NCBI GenBank assembly: GCA_040954595.2
Contig: CM082581.2
Location: 10,477,099-10,541,098, forward strand
From: Balanoglossus misakiensis
Taxonomy: Eukaryota; Animalia; Hemichordata
DNA: 64,000 nucleotides
Direction: 5' to 3'
Made by a program: the position numbers and the translations under genes. A model generated the notes under the pieces. That model was not told the origin of the DNA. It saw nothing but the letters and a program-made list of their open reading frames with translations, and did not search any database. Below are positions 9,901 through 19,500 of the stretch, in pieces (the stretch's first letter is position 1; every line of letters begins with the position of its first letter).

Positions 9901-10347
9901 ATGGCCGACGATATGATCTACTCTGTAGACGGGTTAGACGACCACCAGGGAATGATGTGCGGGGGCCACGGAGTGCCATGTGGGGCCCACGGCAATCATA
10001 GCTACTGCCACCTTGAAGATGGAAAGAAAAAGAGGTCAAATACAGTTGGTAGCACAGACAGCACGTCAAGCCACGACGGTAAAGAACACGACCACCACCA
10101 CGACGCCGGTAAGGCAACGAAGGAACACAAGAAAGCCCACGGCCATCATCACCATGGACACGGTCATGCGCACGGCGGAGAGCACAGCAAACGATCGGAC
10201 ACAACTTCGCCGACAAGAGCGACTGGCGCCGGAGGGAAAGGACATCACAACGATGGCACCAACAAGGATGAGCACGATAAGAGCCACCACGGTCACCATA
10301 TCCACTTCACAACATCGAATACAGAATGTCTTTCCATGATAGAATAG
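9901..10347 (+). CDS. His/Gly-rich hydrophilic protein with 4 Cys (148 aa), member C; intronless, no signal peptide
   Basis: GC-rich ORF with Kozak-like caacATGG and AATAAA at 10686-10691. 28/148 His by manual count. N-terminus MADDMIYSVDG vs MADDIVYAIDG in member B. Confidence 0.85.
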   Translation: MADDMIYSVDGLDDHQGMMCGGHGVPCGAHGNHSYCHLEDGKKKRSNTVGSTDSTSSHDGKEHDHHHDAGKATKEHKKAHGHHHHGHGHAHGGEHSKRSDTTSPTRATGAGGKGHHNDGTNKDEHDKSHHGHHIHFTTSNTECLSMIE

Positions 10348-10877
10348 CAGAACGAGAGGGACTTGGCACCTGCGGCAGTCGTCTGTTGACGTCCACGTGA
10401 TTTTATGGATACAGTCTCTTTCGTGATGATTGCCGGATTGTCTTCTCTTGCCAGATCCTGAACCTGTGACTTGGACAGGAGTTCACTTTAATTAAACTGT
10501 CACTGACTGTCTTCACCACTGTACTGAGTTGACATAATATTCGTGTTGATATCAATGTCTGCACCAACTTTAATGGATGTTTCATTGCCAGAAACATGTG
10601 AAAACATGAACCCGGAACACATGAATGTAGAATTACGAACCAGGTTTTATTTCGATGATATGGAAAAAAAAATACACATCGTACAAATAAAAAGTCCCAT
10701 GGCATGCCATGTTCATGGGTATAACAAGTACAAATGTACCAGAAATTGCTTAAAATTGCTAACTTTTAACATTCTAATAATTCAGGAAAATGTCCAAAAA
10801 TAATAAATGTCCCGAATAATAAATAGCGTCCATGCTTTCCAAAGTTCAATGTTGCTGTTTCAAAACTCCACTGAGTC

Positions 10878-11723
10878 TCAGACTGTTTCTCCGTCAACTT
10901 CGGTTGTCTCCTCGGACTCGGCCTTATCCTCCTCGGTTTCCAAACTCTCAAACTCGTATTTCAAACTCTGCTGACTCTCAGACTTTTCTCCGAGTTGAGT
11001 TGGTTTCTCGTCCCCTGCAGCCGACTCGCTTTCACCGCCATCTAAACTCTCTGGCGATTTCTTCTCCACTGTGATTGGTATCAGTCGTTCTTTCGGTGGT
11101 TCTACTGCCCTCAATGGTGCTTCAAACGCCAGCAGTCCATTCTCTCCCATATTCGAGGTCAGTTGATCTGTGTCGACGTTCTCAGGAAGCGTGTAGGTCT
11201 GTCTGAAATGTCTCTCTTCGGTACTGTAAACGCCATCCCCGTGGTCCAGTTCACGGACGTACTTCCCCGCCACGCTCAGCTTACCGTCACGGACAGACAA
11301 CTTCAAATCTTCCGGTTTAAAGTTGCCGACGGACACGACGAGTTTGAAGTTTTCGGGTCTCTCGGCTTCTTGAGACGCCTCGGCTTTCTCTGTGGTTTCA
11401 GCTTCTTCAGCAGTGGCACTTGGGCATATCTCTTCTGTTTCGTCAGCTTTGCAGCAACTCTTCTGTGACTTTTCAGTTTTCTTTTCACTTTCCACATCGC
11501 CTGTGTCGTTCACGAGGTGCTCCAGCAGACTGAGATAGAAGAGTTCGCGCGGCAACTGGCGGTGGTACCACCTGTCAAAGTATCTGTCGTCTGCACCGGC
11601 CAACTCTCTCAGTAGATAATCTGCACGGCCAGTTCCACGTCGACGCTGTAGACAGGGGCGATGACATCTGGCCACAAGTCGTGGGTAACCCACATTTGGG
11701 CTTGGGAAAACGATACAGGCCAT
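10878..11723 (-). CDS. Small heat-shock protein (HSP20/alpha-crystallin domain), 281 aa, intronless, with acidic extensions
   Basis: ACD signature FKLVVSVGNFKPEDLKLSV...RHFRQTYTLPENVD...GLLAFEAP, followed by an IXI motif (IPI). TATA and HSEs lie directly upstream. Confidence 0.95.
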   Translation of the reverse strand: MACIVFPSPNVGYPRLVARCHRPCLQRRRGTGRADYLLRELAGADDRYFDRWYHRQLPRELFYLSLLEHLVNDTGDVESEKKTEKSQKSCCKADETEEICPSATAEEAETTEKAEASQEAERPENFKLVVSVGNFKPEDLKLSVRDGKLSVAGKYVRELDHGDGVYSTEERHFRQTYTLPENVDTDQLTSNMGENGLLAFEAPLRAVEPPKERLIPITVEKKSPESLDGGESESAAGDEKPTQLGEKSESQQSLKYEFESLETEEDKAESEETTEVDGETV

Positions 11724-11849
11724 GATAGCTGTGTTTTGCTGGCGAATGGTAGCGGTAATAATAGTAGTGTAAGACTAGGAGCTGCTCGCTTCTACTTCAG
11801 TATCTGGTCGATTCTGCAGTATGATTGGTGTTGGTGAAAAATTCACCCA

Positions 11850-12067
11850 TTTATATACAAGAAGCTCATATTTCTAGAATGATCGCGATTTTGCCCCAAA
11901 TCTGACAATATCACGATGACATAGATACTTGCTTTCGCGAAATTTCGCGAACGTTCTGACAAGTTTGGCCTTCGCTAGAATGTGACGTCATTCAACTTGA
12001 AAACAAAAGGGTCGTGCGAAAGGCCATGAGCATAGGGGGCGCTGTAGCTTCGAGAATTTTCCAGAAT
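11850..12067 (-). promoter_or_regulatory. Heat-inducible promoter of the 281-aa sHSP: TATA, three HSEs, CRE, CTCF-like site
   Basis: TATATAAA on - at 11857-11850; TTCtaGAA at 11872-11879; TTCgcGAAatTTCgcGAAcgTTC at 11934-11956 (5 perfect units); TGACGTCA at 11983-11990; TAGGGGGCGC at 12033-12042; TTCgaGAAttTTCcaGAA at 12049-12066 (4 units). Confidence 0.9.
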
Positions 12068-14501
12068 CACAAAATCTAGTCCTGGCTCTCCGTTTTATTT
12101 CGTTCAACTCGGCTAGACAGCAGGATTGATTGATTGATTATCTTACCATGTACTTTTAAAAGAAGTGACCGGTAACTTAAGGAGTAGTATTTCTTGACAG
12201 AATCTCAACACATCATCGATTAAAGGTCCTTTTATTTCAGTGCAACTGTCTCACGTTACTCAGCTTGAACAATTTGTACGATGGCTCGATTTTTCCCTCC
12301 GGGTGAAAACCATCGACAGGGCATATAATATGCTATTTGTCGCGACTCACTGCAGCGCCGGTCACTCCAGTGTTGCTATGTGACACAGTGGGTACACGGA
12401 GAAATCTAGTTCAATTATACATGCCCTGAAATCCATTACAGCGCTTGCTAACCATAAAAACCATCGTACTTGGAGATATCGTGTTCCAGATTGAAAGGTA
12501 ACTGCTGGGCAACACGCAGACAGGTGGGCACCAGTGTTTTGCAGGAGATGAGTCTTCAAGATTACATCTCAGCCTTTACTCTGCACATAAATGGTCGCTG
12601 ATGGTATCAGCGATATTTGTCTTTAGTGTATGACTGCTTTCTATTTTGACTTCGAGATTGATGTATGGCGGCCGCAACATGTGGGGCAGGATTAGCTCAC
12701 TATTTTCACTTCCTGGTCTTTTTTTGTCGGTAGTCCAATCTATCTTTCTTTCGTGGATTTGACTTTGTTCTGTGTGGGGTTTGCTGACATTGTCTGTGCT
12801 GTGCTGTATCCTTTTGTGACTGTCCTTGCAACTGGCCACGTAAATACTGAATATTTGACCTATGAACTTTAAAATATGATCACAATTATTCATATACGTA
12901 TAGTTTTGCTGCATTACATGACTGTTGTTTAAACACTCGGTTGACCAACGCTGTAGCATCGTCCGCTACATGGGTCGTTGGCTCAACATCAGTATTTTTT
13001 GCGGGCAGCATCTATGGCTGCCTGGAACTTGGTAGGCGAAGATGGCGCTGCAGTAACACGAATTGGTGATTTACTGCGAAGTTCCATGTCAAGCCACACC
13101 ATACTTGCACTTTAGTAAACTCGAACCACTTCAGCCTTTTCTGTATATCAGTTGACAAAAGCTTCTATTCGCAGCAAACACTTCTCTGTTAATAGGCGTC
13201 TTTGAAAAGGGCGGATTAGTAAGAGTTATTCACCCCATGAGAGACTTTTAAAAAGGACCCTTGCTATTAACGTCCCCATTTGATCCCAATCCTACATTGA
13301 GTACGTCTGTTGTGTGCCCAGTAAGCGGTCTCATTCAACAGTGTAGGTTGAATACATGCAAGTGAAAAATACCGCAGTCAAGGTATAATGGAACAGACGA
13401 CTCACAAACATGAAAGGACGATATGCTAACAAGTTTTATTTTTAAACACCACATTTGAACGGTTAGCAAGAACACTCCCTTTGGGACTCAATCGTCTCAT
13501 AAATTTATATCCGATCTCCACCAAAGTGTCTATGTAAATATAATTCGTGAGAATTACGTTCGTTTTTTCCCACGCCGCCGTACCGCACAGCGCCCTTGCT
13601 TGTTCATTCTACGTATTAAAAATGCAATGTCCCCGAATGACCTCGGTAATTCATCCGCTGCCCGCAATTAATACTCGCGGCCTACAGTATGACCTCAGCA
13701 TGGCTGGATATTATACGAAATACTATAGAACACATGCAACTATCGATGCTTGAATTTTTTCTGCACTGTTTATGGACAGACAATTCAAAGAAACTGTCAG
13801 AAAATATTCTTCGTTTCCTTCCGATTCGAATCTGGTTATAAAATCGCAGCATTTACAGGCGTGGCACATTTGAGGTTAAAATTAGCATTCGATTCTGCCG
13901 GGGGAATCTGTTGCATTACTGGAGTACTGGGAACCGCCGATCGGCATATTTTGTATGGACACCGTGGGCACACAATACGGCCATAGAAAATGACATCTGT
14001 AGATGGGCGACAAACAGATGATGTGTCGCAGTGCCCGATGCCTGTTACAAATAGATTCACAGGTCATAACTTTTACATACCAATTCCTCATAATTTAATC
14101 TCGGGGCGCTGAAAAGTGACTGTTAAAATTGCTATGCAAATAACTCGTGTCTGACAATAAATTATACACACTCCACACCGCACGCCGGCTATGTCAACTT
14201 GCAGTGTCCAATTACAATTTAAAACGTGACAAAATATGTACTATTAAATATTTCACAAAATAGTATTAAGACTCCTGAAATTTTGTATACGTAATGCACA
14301 ATCTCAATATTTAACAAAATTACATTTCTAATGTGTATTTTTTTCTGGCGATTGAAGTAAGAATTCCGTTCAACTTGACAAAAATCGAGCGTCGTCACTC
14401 TACATTCTACGAAAACTTGGTCAAATTAAATTAGGAGGGGGAACGGTGAGTTTGGACAGTTGGTGGGGTAACAGTCTGATAGTAATTGAGTTCGGGTTAT
14501 A

Positions 14502-15086
14502 TCACTTTTCTGCGGCACTTGCGCCTTCTACTGGTTTTGGGTCTTCTCGCTTAATGGGGATCGGTATAGGTATTTCCTCCTGTCCTTCGATGGCCTTTAA
14601 CTTCGGCGCTTCCAACGTCATTATGCCGTCTTGCGAAAGATGCGACTTGATCTGGTCGAGGTCGGTGTCGGGAGGCAGTATGTACTGGCGGGTGAATTCG
14701 CGGGAGACCAGACCGAGCTCGTCTTCTTTATCCTCGTGTTTGGCGTGCACCGTGATTTTGTTCTCGACCAGTTTCACTTCGATGTCCTCCGGTGCGAAGT
14801 GACGGACGTCCAACATCACGCGGAAAATTTCTTTTGTGTCCTCCTGCCGGGTCTTCTGTCGCTGATACAGACCCTGCCGACCTTCCGACATGGGGGACAC
14901 GAAGTATCCGCGTACGTACCTCGTCTCGTCCGGCTGAACCGGGGTGGAGTGGGACCGCTCCGCCATCGCTGCTCTCATGTTCCGCATCCGGTCCTCCATG
15001 CGTCCGACGAGATCGTCGTCGTCGAAACGCGAACTCGGGAAGTCGAAATCTTCGAAGAACGGGTGGCTGAACGGAATTCTTGACAT
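14502..15086 (-). CDS. Small heat-shock protein (alpha-crystallin / l(2)efl-like), 194 aa
   Basis: Canonical ACD FRVMLDVRHFAPEDIEVKL...HAKHEDKEDELGLVSREFTRQYILP...LSQDGIMTLEAP, Phe/Pro/Asp-rich N-terminus and C-terminal IPIPIPI. Confidence 0.96.
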   Translation of the reverse strand: MSRIPFSHPFFEDFDFPSSRFDDDDLVGRMEDRMRNMRAAMAERSHSTPVQPDETRYVRGYFVSPMSEGRQGLYQRQKTRQEDTKEIFRVMLDVRHFAPEDIEVKLVENKITVHAKHEDKEDELGLVSREFTRQYILPPDTDLDQIKSHLSQDGIMTLEAPKLKAIEGQEEIPIPIPIKREDPKPVEGASAAEK

Positions 15087-15128
15087 TTTGGGAACGGTTG
15101 CTGATCAAGTGCCGCTGCTACCAATACC

Positions 15129-15475
15129 CTGACAATGAAATATATAAATTGCACGTCGGCGAACAACAGAGTCAATTGTCAGTTTAACTATGATCACTCA
15201 GTAAGAGTGGTTTGTCAGTTTACAATACAAATCTACGCAGACATTCATCCACATGTATAGACATACGTTTGAATCCGGAGTAAATATATGTAGGCCTCTA
15301 ATATATCCACGCAAGCGCACAGACTTATATTAAATATTCCAGTGAGGGTTGATTCAATAGTAATGAATGCACTCCAGAAACTTCGCGCTTACATTTACGT
15401 TCCAAATGCCTTACGAAGAGCTAACATTCCTGCAACTTTTGAATATTTACACAAACAAGCGTTCTCGAAAGATCG
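15129..15475 (-). promoter_or_regulatory. Predicted 5'UTR intron and promoter of the 194-aa sHSP
   Basis: On the - strand: TATAAG at 15329-15324, donor AAC|GTATGT (GT at 15266-15265) and acceptor ttcattgtCAG (ends 15129), giving a 138-nt intron. Partial HSEs at 15377-15384 and 15462-15469. Confidence 0.5.
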
Positions 15476-16243
15476 AAAGACCACTTTTTCCAGTCTTTTT
15501 TTCTTTTGAAATCCCCAAGTCTCTTCCCTCGAAGTGGTACCATGGTTTTGACCCATTTCATGCAGACCTATGACTGAAGAACTTTTGGTAAAATGTAGAC
15601 TTTTAACTCCCGTTTATTTTAAATTAGCATAACTTTGTTCTCGGTCCGTGCTTTATGTACAATTATTTGTGTTTTGAACCATCTCTTGTACAAAATGGAA
15701 AGTTTTTACATTCATTGAGTGAAAGTAGTGGTGAACACAACTTCCAGACTTTGTTCTTTGTATTTGGAACTGTCCAAGGTAACCTGTGCCAATTGCTATT
15801 ATTGGTCCATTATGGTTACCAGATGGCCCTTTATATTCGCTCTTCATGGTTGAGCCAACAATTTTGTTGGACTGAACTGAATTTGGCACAAGCCTGTGTA
15901 GGCCTACTGTGTTACATGATCAATTCGTCCCCTGATATGATCCAGTTGGCCATTTTGGCATGCTTGGTGCGTATATGCGCATGTCAGTTTGCATGTGTTA
16001 CATCCAATGTGGCTGCCAACTAGCCATTTTGGCACACATTCTGTCTTTGATTTATTGTTAACTGAGTCTTCTTGCATCATATCGAAAGTGGCATCGGAAC
16101 GTCCATTTTCTTTGGTGCAGCCGTTGAAGAAATGTACCCCCTCAACGACTCTTTACAATACCAGGCGAAGTAATCTGCATCTTGTCCAGTGGTGGCGCAT
16201 TAACCGTATTCTGAGGTTTTCCCCGGCTTCAGTGAGCGGAGAG

Positions 16244-16503
16244 AGATAGTATTGCACCTGGAGTTTAATTTCACTCATATCTTTGTATACAGGCTCACAA
16301 TGAAACTATCAAAAGGCATTTCATAAAACCGAATTCTTGTACAAATGCGACACAATTACGAAGTACATCCCCAGTTTTTCGTTTTCCAAAATAATTTTGG
16401 GGAAAAGTTTTAACAAGCACAGTATCTGTTGCCATGGTACCATTCTTTTCGCCTTTCTATATCCCCGGAACTTCTCTTAGATTGAGGGTGCGTCTACCTT
16501 AAG
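16244..16503. mobile_element. Possible non-autonomous DNA transposon (MITE) remnant with a TTAA-flanked end
   Basis: Right end ggtgcgtctacc-TTAA is a loose inverted match to the left end tagtattgcacc. No ORF. Confidence 0.25.
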
Positions 16504-19500
16504 TAAAATATTTTTGTAACGGTACTGAAGGAAAGAGAAAACAAGGAAGCCTTCTTCTTATGAGTTGTAAGCATGCTCGGACGAGTATTTTTGATGCACC
16601 TGGTGAATTTTTGTTGTACGGCGCCACTAACGGTCATTAAATTTATAAAATACGTACACACATCATCGGACCAGCCTTTACCAAAAATTACTCGCGCTGA
16701 GAGTATTAATAATTAGTTCGGGTGGCGCTGTTTATACTTGACGTCGCGATGGAGAAATGAATGACAGCTTCCTCCTTAGCAGTGGTGATGCGGTATTAAT
16801 GGGTGAATAGTTTGAGTGTGCGCAAGAAAAGTAATCTTGCCACACCATTCATGCTTGAAGAAGACAAAGAGAAACTAAGCTGTCATGCAGACTCTAATCA
16901 TTCGAAAATTGTCGTCGGTCGCCAGTCGTCAAACTTTCCTCATAAATATCGTAATAAAGTGATTAGCAACGTGAATAATATTGATTTCAACTGACGACTT
17001 ATTATTTGTGGCGATGGCCTGGTGGGATCATAGCTGCCAATCACTCGGGTCCCCTAGGCTACCAATGTTTAGTACTCTCTCGACAGGTGAGCAACTTGTT
17101 CGCTTACAAACAATTAAGTCCCGTAAACCATGACAATCGCAAAATTAGGGGGTCACTTTTAAGAGGTACTAATTTTTCAGAGAATGTCGCATATTTTATT
17201 TTGAAAGTAAATTTGCTTTCATTTCCGTAAACTCCAGGCCCAACGGCGTTGACATCATTTCCAGATTCCGGTCGAATTTGACGACATTTGTCTATTTGGC
17301 TCGTGTAAAACTTATAAAGTTAGTAATACAATTCAACAGTACTGAACACAATGTACATCGCCTGGGTGACTCTCTAAGCTGGTTCAATAGCTATTAAGAT
17401 GTCAATTTTGTTTTTATTTGCTGATACTTTATCCAGCGTATCATGAAAGATTGAAATTAAAATTGATACCCGCATATCTGTGTTGGATTTTTGGATAATT
17501 GCATTTAATGGGAGAGACGGCTATTTCAGACAGAGTGAGGTATTCGGGAATGCTTTCATTTTGTGATCAAAGACAAGCCTGAAAAGAGGCGCTTTGTCGA
17601 CACATCCCATAGTTTGCTAGCACACATACAATTTTTGTAACCAGAGTCTCTGGTTTGGCACATGCGCATAAGACGATCAGCCCTTTAAGATTATGCAAAA
17701 CAGTGACGTCAGCAACTATCTTGGGCAAACTTCTGACTGGCCAAACCTTTAAGGAGGACTTGAAAACGACGGAATGTGAGCATTTATTGCTAGAAATCAC
17801 GCCGCCATTCGCGTTTATCAATTGTCCAGTAGTATATATATTTTCCCGCCAAAACTGAGTATCGCGTCGGGGTTTTGGTAGGTCTTTCACGTAACGCACA
17901 CGCCTTCTCATGTCGGGGATATATATTGTAGAAAATTTGATTTAGCACGTGATTTATTGATTGGACACTGCTTTGTTTACAGAAAGAAATTTCCTAGTTG
18001 AAAGATTCATGACTGTAATCAGCCGAGCTTCCGAGAATCCATGTGTACAACTCGTCTTCATTGCATTGGCAGTCACGATTTTACAAGAAATCTTTAGCAA
18101 GTGTGACATGATGGACGGTATTAATTTCCCGTTCGTCATGAGGCCTCTGAGCGCTTTCTGTTACAATTTTTCTATAAAATTGACAATTTATGTCCGTTCA
18201 GAATAGGTCTTGTTCAGAGAATGGCGCCAAAAAGACGGTAACGAATTCTTTTTCACGTCAGGGGCTCGGAGGCAAGTTTTGTGTGTAGTGTTTCAGTTTG
18301 TAAAATGGCTATAGGAAGACGAAAGATTTTTTTTTCTTTTAGCGGAAATGCTGTAAAATTATTCGCGGGCATGAAACGCACGTCCTGAATTTTTGTCAAG
18401 CATTTCGATTCAAAACGAGAATAGAATATTTGGTTTGTGTGTGTAATGACGTCATTGTGAGAGGCTCTGGAGCGCTTTCAAATAATTACAATTATATAGA
18501 TCATCCTTGACGCGTTTAGCTGTCGTTTAATGAAAACCGTCTTCATTTACAGTTGGATGAAGAGAAAATGGTGTAGACCGTTTTGCAGACGTGCGTAAAC
18601 CTAGACCAGTCGTTTTCACATGATTATTTTCGAATACCTTTCCTGAATAACATCGCCGCTAATACAACGGTGCCGGCAGTTTCTCAAGGACAGGCCGAAT
18701 TATAATATTCCACCCAATAGCACGTTCTATATAGTTCGCTTCACAATGTGTATGGAATGCCAATAAACAAGTCTACATCTTCGAACTCAATGTTATTTCA
18801 TAATTAGTCATATAAAATATATATTATTTACGTATTTGAAATAGTAAATTAACTATGGATTTTGTATCTGAAATTATAGTTACATTCTTCTAAAGTTAAA
18901 CATCGACATTCCTTCATTATGATTTTTTTGTCTGTCATTTTCTAAGGTTTTGTTTACTACCTTTAAATTGTGAACTTGCTTGAATATTTTCAGGTGCTGA
19001 CAATTGTCCATGGCTGCAGATTGGAAAGACGTAACGTCCGCAGATCACTGCATGCGCGTCAAACCCTTCCCGGGGCGCGACATTCGCCATCCCTCTCGTC
19101 ACCATAGTGATGTCATTTCCAGTTCTGTACCCCATCGGCGTACTGTGAGTACATCATTGTGTGGCGCCCACTCATGCGCTGTGTGAATCCTTCGCCCTTT
19201 TCCTTCAAATGGTCTGTATGGATCTGTGAGTACACAGAAATTAAATAATGGAGGTAATTTACAGTTTTGTGTGATTCAAACTTGACTGCTATTTTATCAC
19301 GCCCACCAGGGTCTCCAAAGGCAGTTCTTGTCACCCGCGTTGAACTTGGGACGCAAGTTCAGTGAAATGGCTCACGTTGACATGGGATCGATACTATGTG
19401 TATACATGTAGGTAGAGACATACAGAGGTATAGAGAGTGGAAGGGGGAACAGTGGAATGTGCTGGCTGGCTGCCTGGCTGGAAAAGAGCTCGATGCGATT

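Noticed and set aside
2231-11746. 13-bp inverted match ttcgccagcaaaa between 2231 and the sHSP 5'UTR
   Set aside because: Isolated 13-mers are expected by chance in 64 kb, and there is no flanking similarity.
14446-15175. Several ORFs overlapping the 194-aa sHSP
   Set aside because: Alternative-frame or antisense shadows of a GC-rich CDS.
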